DNA from: Marsupella aquatica
Taxonomy: Eukaryota; Plantae; Marchantiophyta
DNA length: 64,000 nucleotides
Assembly: GCA_973895155.1 (NCBI GenBank)
Contig: OZ316899.1
Location: 11,125,135 to 11,189,134 of the forward strand
Direction of reading: 5' to 3'
In this document: positions 22,779 through 36,453 of the stretch, piece by piece
Position numbering within the stretch: position 1 is the stretch's first letter
How the letters are laid out: each line of letters opens with the position of its first letter
Program-made: the position numbers and the translations under genes
The notes under the pieces: generated by a model
What the model saw: the letters and a program-made list of their open reading frames with translations, nothing else
Database searches by the model: none
Told to the model about the DNA's origin: nothing

Positions 22779-25700
22779 TGTGATGCCTAGCCAGGAATCA
22801 TTAGGCCAATTTAATTAGTAAAATCAGGAGTGTATCCTAGGAAACACCTCAGTATTGTAACAAAAATAGGGAAATATAAACAATTAAGGGTGACGATGGA
22901 ACCATGGCCGAGGCCGAAAGTAAGGACGTCGGGGGAGGAAACACGATTAGGGTTAGGGCGCGCTAAGTACCGGCGGCCACCAACGGGAAGGAAGACCAGA
23001 CAAGGGGGGTAAGGACCAAGTGCAAGGACTGGCGGCTCATTTGCAAACACAAGCCAAGCGAACGACTACGGGAGGCCAACTGCTGTCCGCTGCTCAGGCA
23101 AGCACTCGGGGTGGAAGCAGATACCAACGATCAACTCAAGAGGGGTATGAGCAATGTCAATCAAGCTGCTCATTTTTGGGGATGCCTGTTAGAACGGGCA
23201 ACTAATACATTGGGAACTACCAAGACAAAGAATCAGAGAGAGTGGCTCGAGAACGGCAGGAGCTCGCTCGGCTATGGGAGCTGCAGAAGTCTGCTTTCTT
23301 AGGAGGAAAACTCATTACGGCTGAATTCTTGTGGACGCCTACTGCTGACAAACTCGACGATCTTCTATTTTGTGAGAACAAGATAGTTGGCATCCAGGAG
23401 GCCATCAACCGCTGCAACGACATACACTAGGAGTTGAAGGGTAGCACGGAGGGGTGGACGAAGGCAACCATGCTAGGAGAAACATCCACGGCAGCCCCTA
23501 TGAAGAGGAAAGGGAACAACAACGAAGAAGCCACCCCTGCAAAAAGAACGAGGTCGGCGGCACCCAAGAAACCAGCAGAGCAGGGAAGCAGGAGGCAGGC
23601 GGAAGCCGAAGAAGAGGAGGTCGACCCCGTCAATGTCGTCCCAACAAGAGATGACACCTGGAAAGGCTGGGCGGCAACCCTCCCCGAGGAGGTACAATTA
23701 CACTTTGCACGGGAAGAGGATGCATGCTTTACGGCTATGCAGACTTGGAAATACCAGGGCTTCATGGCCGGATCCGGCTTGGAAGCATTCGTAAAGTTAC
23801 CATGGCTGAAGCCGGAGGTGTCGGATTCAGACTTACTGGAATTTGTGGGATCATGGGAGCCCGAGACCAATTCCACAAGGGTGTATGGGAAGGATTTCTA
23901 TCTCACTCCCCAGGTGATTGCTGAAGTGTTTGGCTTGCCAATGGGCAATAAGACCAAAGTAGATACCAGGAAGACCTTGCCAGACAAGGAGTTCCGGTTG
24001 TTTCCAGGGCCATCAACAAAGAATGGCTTCTTCCGAAACACCTGCACCAACCCGCACATAGGAGAAATGATCGATTTCTTGCGGGTGACCATGCATTGTA
24101 ACTTGCCGAGGGCAGAGATTGGCAAGGCACAAGTCTATCTGGCGGAGAGGCCAGACCCAAGCCGAGACTACAACGGGTACCTCCTCAACCAACTAAAGAA
24201 TATCTTGAAGGAGGAACAGCTGGTGATCGGCATGGGAAGCGTGTCCCGGCTTGGTTATCACATGCCGCTGTTGTGCCGGTGTGCCCAAAGCCAGATATTT
24301 GCCCCGGTACTGCCCCTGCAGGCAAGAGCACCAGAGGAGGTTCCACAACCAAGGCCGACAACAGAGAAACCGAACCAGCCCGACAGTCCTACAATCGAGC
24401 AGGTGTTTAGGCCGAGGAAGGAGGACTTGCCGATGCAGCAACCAGGCATGCAGAATCTGCTGAAATTGCTGGAGAAGGAAAGGAGGACGGCAACGGCAAC
24501 GGGGCCAGTACATAATACTGCTTCCGAAGTTGGCCTTAGCCAACTTACCAGGGAAAACCCCTTTACAGGGGCCAAGGAGAGGAGGCCGGAGCACGAGTCG
24601 GGAGTCCAAATGTATGTAGGAGCTTCAAGTCCCGAAGCCGAGGAGAAGCAGCCCGAGGCCCCTGGTCACGACAGGGAGAAGATGAGATCAACGTGGAAGC
24701 CGAAGGAACCAGGACCCGTGATCTGTGGGGTTGTGTTCACGGCAGGATCAGGACAACAGCAGGGGGAGCCGGTAGTCCAAGCCGAGGAGGAGGCGGTAGA
24801 GGGCTACGACAATGATGACTCCGGCTACGGGTCGGACCATCATGTTCCAGGAATAAGGACCTGTGGCAGGTTCATCCCCACTCTTCCAAGAGTAGTTTGA
24901 GGGGACCCGACCCAGCAGAGTAGCCCCGAGTCTCCCCCACCAGATGTTGCTCCCCCGAGTTTTGACAGCATCAAACAGACGGCACAGGAGTTTCAGGAAT
25001 GACGCAGGGAGGAAGAGGAGGCAGCCCTGGCAAGGGAGAAGGATTTACCAGGAGGAGAATGGCCAGAGGACATCCGGCGGCTTGCAAAAAAACAAAGCAG
25101 CCCGCCAGCCACAATAGAAGAAATTTGCAAGGCTGCCTGGGAACAAAGGCTGCGATGGATGATGCCGATGACTTCTGCTCACTCCGCCTATGCTAAAGAA
25201 CGAGCCATGGAGTACGGGGAGATGTGTGGGGAACTTGCGCTTGGCATCTTTGGGGAGGAGTTGGAGCAGGGACCTTTTTTGCAGAGGGAAATGTTGGAGA
25301 AGCACCGATTAGAAGAAGCGGTGGCTTTGGAAAGAAGTAAGAAGGACGAGGTCATCCGTTGGCTTAGGGCAAGGGAAGCCGAGGTAGAAGACCTGATGGC
25401 GTCCAAGAAAGCCCAAGATGAGATGCGGATTAAGCGGCATGAGCTCAACATCATGCAAGGGCAATTGGATACCGCGCAGTCTGATATCAGATTATCAAGG
25501 ATAAACTGACTCGGACCCAATGTGATCTAGCCGATTCGATCAAGGAGAAGGAGAAGTGGAAGCAAGAGCTGAGAGACGTAGAGGAGGCCCACATAACAGC
25601 CAACAATCAGGCCATGGCGGAAACTCAGAGAAGGGAAATGGCGCTGAAGGGGGAACTCAAGGATATCCGCGGAGCCCTTGAGCAGAAGGAGGTCGAGTTA

Positions 25701-27452
25701 GGGAAATCCTATCAGGCGATTATCGTGCTGCGGCAGGAGCTCGCATCCATGACGGCCAGCTTCAAGGCCGACCTCCGCGAGAAAGACGACCAGCTCGACC
25801 AGACTTATGCAAAGATGAATAAAATGGAGTCTGAGGTTGTTGCAGAGCTTGACAAGGAGCTGAGAGCAACCCAGGAGGAGAAGGCGACCTTAAAGAAGGA
25901 ATTGGAGGAAGCCCAGAAGGAGCGGAGGAAGCGCGCAAGGACCTGGATGAATTATAGGAGGAGTTGGAGGAAAGCACGCGAAAGATGGAGAACTTACAGC
26001 GGCGAGCCGACAACCAAACAGAGCGGCTGAAGAAACAGGCCGCAGTATTTAAGTGCTTGGCTTCCTTAGGACCAACTCCAATTGGGGCAACCAAGTTACC
26101 TGGTGTAGTACTGGCCAAAGGACAAGCCGAGACACTCGCACCGGTGCCGGAGGTAAGTGGCAAGGGGAAGGGGCCAGCTGCCGAACCAAAGAAGAAGAAG
26201 AAGCAAAAACCTTCTGGGTCAGGGAGTAATACGGCTCCTCAAGCCGGCGTGACCAAGGAGGTAATCCCAACACCAGGCAGGGTCACGGCAGAGGATCCAC
26301 CTGCCCTAGAAGGCGGGGATGATGAAGCCGAGGCCAGGATACTCGATGATGAAGCCGGGGTACCGGATCCATCACTAGAACATGTCGGGGAGGCCGTGGC
26401 CGATGTTGAGGCCGAAGCCGAGGGTGGACCCAGTCAGGCCGATGGAGAGTTGACTCGGTTAGGAGCAGGTAATCTGTCAAAGGACGGACCTACAATAGTG
26501 GCTGCGGAGGAAGTGTTGGGGGCATCCATTGAGGACCAGACACCGCTGCCATGACGGTGGTGGAGGGCCGCTCCTTTTAAGGAGGGCGGACGTGGAGGGA
26601 GGAGGCGTGAGTGGGCAGGGCAGGCTCAGATCTCCAAGTTTAGAATTAGGATCAGGACCAAGGGGCGGCCTGACACTTAGCTTAGTGGGATTGCGGATCC
26701 ACTGGAAAGAGCAACACTTGTGCTCCTGCCTCGCTGTACATAGGTAGATTATAGTTAGGTAGATTAGGCTTACGCTGCAAGGAATTAGGCGGATCCACTA
26801 CCAGGATAAGTACCTAGGCTGCGGGGAGTTCAGGGCCTTCTTCCTTAGCAAGTTTTTAGTCCACCAACAGGGCTAGGATCAAGTAGTTAAAGAAGCTCTT
26901 GGTTAGTTATACTGTGACCCTTGTGTATATTCATGTTTCCTCATACCTAAGAAATGAATAGAGTTGGCCTCACGGCTTAGTTCGCAAATCTTGTATATGA
27001 GAAGTACTGTTTGTATGGCAAGTATAACTCAGTCAGAAGGAGTCATTTTGCTATTTGTGTGTTGCATTAACTTGTTTGAAGATTGCCCACATCAACTAAG
27101 AAGGGAGTAAGCAAGGTAGTAAGAGTTGGATGTGTCGACCTGAGAGAGGTCTTAGCGGCTTACCCAAGCCAGTTGGGGATCATTCCGGAGGCGGAATCCA
27201 AACATACCTAAAGGAAAACCGAGAGAGGAGGACAAGGGAAGGCCGAGAATAGGCCGGCTACGTATCTCATGACCCGATGAAGGATCTGTCTAGTATATGT
27301 GAGTAAAATGTTAATAGCAATAGTAGTAGAAGGAAGTTAGCAGCGTCCCATGCCGCTAAAGCCGTAAAATCGGCCTCGCCAAGAGCAAAACCTGCGGGAA
27401 TCGGCATGTGAGAGGGGTTTCTTGGGTTTAGGGAGCCATGGGACGCACCACA
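22779..27452 (+). mobile_element. 4,674-bp solo-LTR-like insertion containing a gene
   Basis: TGTGATGC...GCACCACA ends (7/8 inverted); 5-bp TSD ATTGA (22774-22778, 27453-27457); no gag/pol, no internal direct repeat seen. Confidence 0.88.
23146..26554 (+). pseudogene. LTR-embedded gene homologous to 11691-14317 (same domain + coiled coil), broken; start approximate
   Basis: SGLEAFVKLPW...EFVGSW...VYGKDFYLTPQVIAEVFGLP...NGFFRNTC..P.I.E; coiled-coil fragments 25159-25509, 25614-26030, 25964-26554. Confidence 0.7.
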
Positions 27453-27813
27453 ATTGAATTTAACAAATAGAAGGGATAAACCAGAAAACACTTACATTCA
27501 GTGTGAACAAAAGAGTGACATTGTTTTCCAAGCAAGAAAGGGAGCTGCCATATGATGCACAACGTACTATCACTAGCCATGACTACAATGTCGTCTTGCT
27601 TGTTCAGTCGGTCTCCTGAGGTTTTCAATCTACAGTTGCTTGGACTAGGTTTTAGCGCTTAGGGTTTGAGCATACGTATGTTTTTAGCGCCTGCATGAGC
27701 ATCTCTTTGAGGGTTTCAATGTGCAATGATTTGGATTGAGAGATCGGGATTTGGCCTGACCTTGGGAGTTATTTGTCAGATTTTGTGAGCATTCAGCAAA
27801 CTCGATCGCCAAC

Positions 27814-28730
27814 ATGGGTAAGGAGAAAGTTCATATCAACATTGTGGTCATCGGCCATGTTGACTCCGGGAAGTCAATGACCACCGGCCATTTGATCTAC
27901 AAGCTTGGAGGAATTGACAAGCGTGTGATTGAGCATTTCAAAAAGAAAGCCGCTGGGATGAACAAGCGTTCCTTCAAGTATGCCTGGGTGCTCAATAAGT
28001 TGAAGGCCTAGCGTGAGTGTGGTATCACCATTGATATTGCATTGTGGAAGTTTGAGACTACCAAGTACTACTGCACCGTCATTGATGCCCCCAGACATCG
28101 TGATTTCATCAAGAACATGATTACTAGAACCTCATAGGCTGACTGTGTTGTTCTTATTATTGACTCGACTATCGAAGGTTTTGAGGCCGGTATCTCCAAG
28201 GAAGGGCAGACTAGAGAGCACGCTCTGCTTACTTTCACTTTGGGTGTGAGGCAAATGATCTGTTGCTATAACGAGATGGACACTACTACCCCAAAGTACT
28301 CCAAGGCCTGTTATGAGGAGATCACCAAGGAGGTGTCCACATACCTGAAGAAGGTTGGATACAACCCAGAAAAGATTCTGTTTGTGCCCATTTCCGGATT
28401 TGAGGGAGATAACATGATTGAGCGGTCCACGAACCTGGACTGGTACAAGGGCCCTACCCTGTTGGAGGCTTTGGATAACTTGTCAAAGCCTAAGAGGCCA
28501 TCTGACAAGCCCCTCATGTAGGTTACCCCTTCTGGATGTGTACAAGATTGGTAGTATTGGAACTATGCCAGTGGGAGGAGTGGAGGCTGGTGTGATCAAG
28601 CCCAGTATGGTGGTCATTTTTGCCCCCACTGGACTGACCACCGAGGTTAAGTCCATGGAGGTGCACCACAAAGCACTATTGGAGGCTTTGCTAGGAGACA
28701 ACGCCAGTTTCAACATGAAGAATGTGGCAA
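27814..28730 (+). pseudogene. EF1A: Elongation factor 1-alpha pseudogene, truncated by CACTA insertion
   Basis: [21 protein letters not shown]...; stops at 28009 and ~28135; 4-bp insertion at ~28516; no intron across this span; ends at KNVA at CACTA TIR. Confidence 0.96.
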
Positions 28731-29759
28731 CACTAGTAGAAACCGGGCTGTATTTAGACCCTATTAAACAACTATTCAACACCGTTTAGGACTAGCAAAT
28801 GACAGGGCGGGACTACAGTCCTTTATAGGACTATGAGTCGTATGTTTTGTTACTAGAATCCACTAAGTCCTTTATAGAACTGCATGATCAGTCTTTTAAT
28901 AGACTGGATTTTCAGTCTATCGTAGTCTTTGTATGGGTTGCTTTGGCGAGTCATTTTCAGTCTTTTATGGGCTGTGGTGGTGAGTCGTTGGGAAGGACTA
29001 CAAAGGTTGTCCTTGGTAGTCTTTAAGAATACTTTGTGGGTTTATAAAACGACTAAAGGAGATACTTTGTGGGGTATGTATAAGTCTTTCATATCAACTG
29101 GAAATGAGTGATGAAGATCCCGCTATACTACCTCATTCTTGTGCACAAGTAACACATTCCATTCATGTTGTTTTGTGTATACTCACTCTATAAACTCACC
29201 ATTCACCATTTTAACATTAGAACACATAGAGTTTCAGAAAGCCTTCAATTCTTCTATACCATGTACACTAATATGAGAGGACAGATTCAAATATCATAGA
29301 CCAGCACGATAGGTCACAAACAATTCTTCTATACCATACACACTAATCTGAAATGATACAAAAACAGATTCAAGTATCATAGACAATCACCATAGAGCCA
29401 TAGTTTGACATCAATCACTTGTTTCATACAAACACACCGAATTCAGAAATATACATGTCACACATAATGACAACGGCTCTTTCATCCTCTTTACTAAATT
29501 CAAAATTGGTACATGTGTTTCTTGGATCTTTCCAAGGCAATGTCAAAATGTAACACCATTCACATGATTCTATCTACATTTGCATTCAGTCACTCCGGGA
29601 GACAAACACACTCTGATGCCTAGAGCACAAGAGATCCTATTGCATCTGCAATTACTTTCTGAGGTGGATCATCTGCTCTATTTGGAAATGGCAAATTACA
29701 ATCAGATACAATGACTGTAGTCAACAACACTACTACATGGTCATCCGGGACCACTTTGC

Positions 29760-30056
29760 TTCGGGGGTTTCACTTCCACAAAAATGGCATATCACGTGCG
29801 ACGAAGGATAAGATCATTTTATTGGTTCTAAGGGAAGACTTAATAATTTTTGTAGAAGAACAATAGAGTCTTTTAAATTCAATTTTGAGACTTAGAAGAA
29901 CATTAGGGTCTTTTTAATCCAATTTTTAGAATATTCCAAGAATATTCCAACTTTATAGGGGTTAAAAAATAAAAATTTTTTCTTACATTTTAGGGGGTCC
30001 GAGGCCTAAAAACGTCGCAGGCGATGGGGAGGTCCCCATATAGTGAGACCCCTGAG
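29760..30056. mobile_element. 297-bp MITE-like insertion with 7-bp TSD
   Basis: TSD ACTTTGC (29753-29759, 30057-30063); imperfect 16-bp TIR TTCGGGGGTTTCACTT / CTCAGGGGTCTCACTA; empty site in CACTA copy 2 at ~34812. Confidence 0.88.
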
Positions 30057-31703
30057 ACTTTGCCATGGAATTTAGCATGATCCGGTCGCAAAATGCCTGT
30101 ACCCACACATACCTGTGAGTCATCCTCCCATGATAGAAGATTATGGACTAGCTCTGTTGTGGCTATCATCTCCACCTTACCCTGGCTGTTTTTCTTGGCT
30201 TTCCTGGGTGGCTTATACATGACATTGTTCATACCTTGGTTGCGAGTCATCACTTTGGCACGAGTGTTTTGTGCTGGTGATCAAGAATTGGGGACACGCT
30301 TCTTCAAAGAATCTACATCCATATTTGACACTTCCAATTGTGTAGCAGGATTTGGCTGTGACATCATCTCAGTATCTGCCAACATTGTAGATGCTTCAAT
30401 TGAAGCATCTACAATCTTACTTGCATCCAATGTTGCTCCCAAGTTTCAACCTCGCTTCACCCTGCTCCCACTTGGTTGAGAGTCTGTCAAGTCTGCATCA
30501 ACTACAATTCAGTGCATTGTCCAACATAAGTCAATCACTAATCACATGTACTAAATGTACATGTCACCAACCACAAAGTTGTCACTATCACCTTACCATT
30601 ATGAACAGCCTTCTTCCGCTTCTTTGCCATTGCCACATCCTCCATGTCTGCTTATGCTGATCAGTAAACACACCACAATATTCAGGTTGAATCTATTAAC
30701 TAATGAATTGTCTCACAACATTCATATAGAGGAATTTAAAGCATAAGCTTACCTGATACCTCCTTGGCTATGGTCACTGAGGCACTAGGCCCATCTTTCT
30801 GATTATTTGTCTTTGAATCACCTAATACATCAATCATGATGTCACTTCAGATTTTGTTCTTCCAACCTGTCTAGTTCTTACATAAAAGTTTACCTTTCAC
30901 AACTTAAGCTTCACAAAACTCCATGCACTTTTCAAATGTAAACTACTGAATCATAGCAGGTTACCAGTCTCAGGGACCTTCTTGCCCTTCTGCTTACAAG
31001 AAACAGGCGCCTTCAATGCCTCCACTGTTCTTGCGTTCAAACCATTAAGTCCATTCATGAAAACCTACTTCTAACATTTCAACATAGGGCACAATGAACA
31101 ATGGGTCGGTGTCATTTCCATACCTGTGTCAGATTTGCCAATTCCCTTTTTTGTTAACAAGGGTACACTTTGTACAAGGTTGCCCTCATTGTTTGGCTGG
31201 GAACCACCCAATTTTTCAATCACAAGCTTGAAATTAGATTCCACTGATGCAAGAAGGTTTGCTACAGATGCCTCCACAATATCCAAACAATCACCCAATT
31301 TACTTTCCACTTGAGGGAGTCCACACTCTAATGACTTCAACCGTTCACACATCTCTATGAGATTTGTAACAGTTCCCTGTCATAACACAACTTACATATC
31401 TCAGATAATTGTCCCCAAGAATTGGTTGCTTACTTCCTACTACATTTCTTCCTGATGCTCAAGGCCAAATAGTCTACAAACATACAGAATTACAACATAA
31501 TCAATTGTTTGGAAGTCACACTTGTCACCTCACTCCTTTGTTTCATGAACTCCTCTCTCACTTCTTGTGCTAATGGTTCTTCACTTGTCAATTTCTTCTG
31601 CAGTCCACATCAACATACATATGAATGAAACCAAGTGTTGATTGTCAATGAAAATGTAATAATGGTAGCAAGATGATAAGTTTGAGGCTTACTATCAGAC
31701 ATG

Positions 31704-32468
31704 TCACTGCCTTACCAATTGTTCTTTCACTGGAGCATAACTTCCTCTCCCAGCCTGTGAAAGGTGTTTCACTTTGCCTTGAGCATTTGGCATCAGTTCA
31801 CTCTTGCTCTGCCCAGCCTCCGACATGAACCCTTTGACTAATCGTGTCCATTGATCCAGTTCCAATGACAGGGGTGTTGGCATTCTCCTATTAGAACCAT
31901 TGTCTATCCACATCCTTTTCAACCTATGCCTCTCTTGTTTCAAAATCCTCATTGCATAATCTGATATGCAATCTTCAACTGGGCCCTTACCATCATTACC
32001 AACATAGTCCCACCGTTCAAGAATGTCCTTGCATATAGCAGCCCAATCAACTTTGTTCTGACTCCTAAACTCTGTAATGCTCAAATCTAACCAACGCAAT
32101 ACTTCTCCTCTTAGGTCAGAATGCCAACGGTTCTTACCATCACATGTGGGAGTTATCCAACCATTGGTATTCACTTTTACTTTACCAAATTTGTTACTGT
32201 CTCCTGCCTTGGTACTCCCTAGCTGAAGCGCTACTAGGTGTCCCTCCACGGCCTGGTGTCCCCCCACGGCCTGGGGTCCCTCCATGACCTGCTCTCCCCC
32301 CATGGCTTGGATTGCATTGTCCAAACTCCCTGGAGTCCCTGCACATTTACGGGATCCATTTGGTAAGTATGAAGCATAAATTTTGCTGCCAAATATACAC
32401 TGGACTTCATAGCATTTCTGCAATGACCAAGTTACCTCTCCCTTGGCGCATAGATGGTTCTGGACCAC
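31704..32468 (-). pseudogene. CACTA TnpA/Transposase_24-like exon (copy 1)
   Basis: ERHRLKRMW...DQWTRLV...QSKSE...KVKHLSQAGRGSYA. Confidence 0.7.
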
Positions 32469-33236
32469 CTGTTGCCTTGTCTTGATGAATTAGGGCCGTT
32501 TCTCTCGCCTGTGAATGATTGCCTCCTATCTGAACATGGATAGCCTTTGTTGTTTTTGTGATTGTCCCAATCAGAGTCTGCATACCAACAGGTACATGCC
32601 ACACTCATGGACCTGTAAGATAAACTCTTTGCCCTAGCTAGACATCAAATAAGTCCATATTGAGCTACAATCTCTACTACCATCACAAAATCACTAGCAC
32701 AAGGCACTTACTTGTCCAATCATCCTCCTCACCTTTCCATTGCCCTCTGTACCCATCTCTACCACGCTCTGGGTGTTCATATTCATCCCATCCATCTTCT
32801 GCTCCATCGTAGTCATCATCATAATCATCAAGCGTCCCTTGCCAATAACTTTGGCTCCTTCTAGGGTATGGATTATGTGATTTCTCTCTAGCTGCCCACC
32901 TACTTGGCACTTGATGAGGGCCCTGTGCATCCTGCACAGGTGCATTTTCTGTGAGCCTCCTGCATCTGGGTCTCCGTCCATATCCAATCTTTCCTCTTCA
33001 CCCCACTCTCGAAGCCCCATGTCTGTCTCCATGTCATCACCCTCTTCCCCCATAGCTTCTGCACAGCATCCACAATCAAACAGGGACAATGAGCACACTA
33101 AATTCAAAGTATCGATCAATCAATTTTTCATGCATATCAACATGCCTAAAACATCATTCCAGGAAGCAATTCCCGTTCTGTGACTATGTGCATGTAGTCA
33201 TCCTATACCTCATCAAAGTGAATTGCCAGCTGTTGC

Positions 33237-33781
33237 CTATTGCACATCATCAACCTCATCATATTCCATCTCCCCAGGTTCATATGTCTCTCTCAATGTT
33301 AAGGGGATGTAGTCAATCCCTGCCCGAGTTGGAAGTACAGTCTCGTGACTAGGATGCTCAAATGTAGCATGGTCATCCAAACTGAACTCTACTTTACTTC
33401 CATCCATCCGCCTATTCCGTGCTTGGCTATGGCATACCACCCTCCAGCCATGTGACCCCTCCATATCTACAAAGAAAGCCTGTGCAACTTGGCTAGGGAA
33501 AACAAAAGGCTCAGACCATTTTGGTACTCTGGACCTAAAATTGGCCAACAAGAACCCATGAGGATCACGCTTCATGGTGGCCCTTGGTCTCTGCCACTGT
33601 GATTTCACCCACGCTCCCTTCATCAATATCACAGGGACACTTGTGTTAGCATAATTCAATACCCAAATGTCTGTCAACTCCCCCACGTAACCCATCTTCA
33701 TCCACCCCCTCTATTCTTATGAGGTTCTTTGCTCAAACACAGATATCAAACCACAATCATATGATACACAATGGTCACCCT
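33237..33781 (-). pseudogene. CACTA DUF4216-like exon (copy 1)
   Basis: YVGELTDIWVLNY...GFLLANF...EPFVFPSQV.QAFF...GWRVV. Confidence 0.75.
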
Positions 33782-34651
33782 CACTAGTAGAAACCGGGGG
33801 GTATTTAGACCCCATTAAACGACTATTCAGTACCATATAGGACTTGGAAAGGACTGGAAAGGACTCTAGTCCTTTACAGAACTATGAGTCGTATGTTTTG
33901 TTACTATAATCAACTGAGTCCTTTATAGAACTGGTTTATAAGTCATTTTATAGACTGGATTTTCAGTCTATTGTAGTCTTTGTGTGGGTAGGTTTGGTGA
34001 GTCTTTTTCAGTGTTTTATGGGCTGTGATGGTGAGTCTGGTGAGTTGTTGTAACGACTCAAAAGGTTATGGAGGGTAGTCTTTAAGTATACTTTGTGGGT
34101 TTATAAAACGACTAAAGTAGACACTTTGTGGGGTATGTATAAGTCTTTCATGTCAACTGGAAATGAGTGATGAAGACCCCACTATACTACTTGGAATGAA
34201 CTCACTCTTGTGCACAAATAACACATTCCATTCATGTTTTATTGTGTACTTGGAATGAACTCACTCTATAAGCTCACCATTCACCATGTTAACATTAGAA
34301 CCTCACACAAATTTTCAGAAATCTTCTATACCATGTACACTAATATGAATTCACAGATTCAAACATCATAGACTACAAAGAAGGTCACAAAGCATTCGTC
34401 TATACCATACACACTAATACTGAAATGATACAAAACAGATTCAAGTATCATAGACAATCACCATAGAGTCATAGTTTGACATCAATCACTTGTTTCATAC
34501 ATACAGAATTCAGAAATATGAATGTCACACACAACGGCTCCTTCATCCTCTTTACCAAATGGAAAAATTGGTACAGATATTTCTTGGATCTTTCCAAGGC
34601 AATGTCAAAATGTTACACAATTCACATGATTCTATCTACACTTGCATTCAG

Positions 34652-35245
34652 TCACTGCAGACTAACACACTCTGATGGCCAGAGCACAAGAGATCCTACT
34701 GCATCTGCAATTATTTCCTGAGGTGGATCATCGTCTCTATTCGGAAATGGCAAATTACAATCAGATACAATCACTGTAGTCAACAACACTACTACATGGT
34801 CATCCGAGACCACTTTGCCATGGAATTTAGCATGATCCGGTCGCAAAATGCCTGTACCCACACATACCTGCGAGTCATCCTCCCATGATAGAAGATTATG
34901 CACTGGCTCTGCTGTGGCTATCACCTCCACCTTACCCTGGCTGTTTTTCTTGGCTTTCCTGGGTGGCTTATACATGACATTATTCATACCTTGGTTGCGA
35001 GTCATCACTTTGGCACGAGTGTTTTGTGCTGGTGATCGAGAATTGGCTACACTCTTCTTCAAAGAATCTGCATCCATATTTGACACTTCCGATTGTGTAG
35101 CAGGATTTCCCTGCAACATCATCTCAGTATCTGCCAACATTGTACTTGCTTCAATTGAAGCATCTACAATCTTACTTGCATCCAATGTTGCTCCCAAGTT
35201 TCGACGTCGCTTCACCCTGCTCCCACTTGGTTGAGAGTCTATCAA
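34652..35245 (-). CDS. CACTA Tnp1/En/Spm-like C-terminal exon (copy 2)
   Basis: VCVGTGIL...HGKVV...VVVLLTTVIVSDCNLPFP...IADAVGSLVLWP. Confidence 0.7.
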   Translation of the reverse strand: MIDSQPSGSRVKRRRNLGATLDASKIVDASIEASTMLADTEMMLQGNPATQSEVSNMDADSLKKSVANSRSPAQNTRAKVMTRNQGMNNVMYKPPRKAKKNSQGKVEVIATAEPVHNLLSWEDDSQVCVGTGILRPDHAKFHGKVVSDDHVVVLLTTVIVSDCNLPFPNRDDDPPQEIIADAVGSLVLWPSECVSLQ

Positions 35246-36453
35246 CTCTGCATCAACTACAATTCAGTGCATTGTCCAACATAAGTGAATCACTCATCAC
35301 ATGTGCGCCATGTACATGTCACCAACCACAAAGTTGTCACTATCTCCTTACCATTATGAACAGCCTTCTTCCCTGTCTTTGCCATTGCCATATCCTCCAT
35401 GTCTGCTTCTGCTGATCAATAAACACACCACAATATTCAGGTTCAATCTATTAACCACTGAATTGTTTCTCAACAATGGTAGGAGAGGAATTTAAAGCAT
35501 CAGCTTACCTGATACCTCCTTGGCTATGGTCACTGAGGTACTGGGCACATCTTTTTCATTGCTCTTTGAATCACCTGATACATCAATCATGATGTCACTT
35601 CAGATCCCAGTTGATCCAACCAGTTCTTACAGAAAAGATTACCTCCAACCGGCTTAAGCTTCACAAAACTCCATGCACTTTTCAATGTAATGTACTGGAT
35701 CATAGCAGGTTACCTGTCTCAGCAACCTTTTTGCCATTCTGCTTACTGATTACAGGGTCCTTCTCTACCTCCACTCTTCCTGCATTCAAACCATTCACTC
35801 AATTCATGAAAACTTACTTCTAACATTTGAACATAGGACACAATGAACAATGGGCCGGTGTCATTTCCATACCTGTGTCAGATTTGCCAATTCCCTTTTT
35901 TGTTAACAAGGGCACACTTTGTACAATGTTGCCCTCATTGTTTGGTTGGGAACCACCCAATTTTTCAATCACAAGCTTGAAATTAGATTCCACTGATGCA
36001 AGAAGGTTCGCTACAGATGCCTCCACAATATCCAAACGATCACCCAATTTACTTTCCACTCGAGGGAGTCCACACTCTAATGACTTCAACCATTCACACA
36101 TCTCTATGAGAGTTGTAACAGTTCCCTGTCATAACACAGCTTACATATCTCAGATAATTGTCCCCAAGAATTGGTTGCTTACTTCCTACTACAATTCTTT
36201 CTGATGCTCAAGGCCAAATAGTCACAGAACATACAGAATTACAACATAATCACCTGTTTGGAAGTCACACTTGTCACCTCACTCCCTTTGTTTCATGAAC
36301 TCCTCTCTCACTTCTTGTGCTGATGGTTCTTCACCTGTCAATTTCTTCTGCAGTCCACATCAACATACATATGAATGAAACCAAGTGTTGATTGTCAATG
36401 AAAATGTAATAATGGTAGCAAGATGATAAGTTTGAGGCTTACTATCAGGCATG

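Larger units (their letters stand above)
28731..33781 (-). mobile_element. CACTA (En/Spm) element, 3' part, copy 1
   Basis: Terminus CACTAGTAGAAACCGG at 28731; minus-strand Tnp1/En/Spm-like, Transposase_24-like and DUF4216-like exons. Confidence 0.88.

Noticed and set aside
27814-28789. Functional EF-1alpha
   Set aside because: Two stops, a frameshift, G1-motif change and truncation by CACTA
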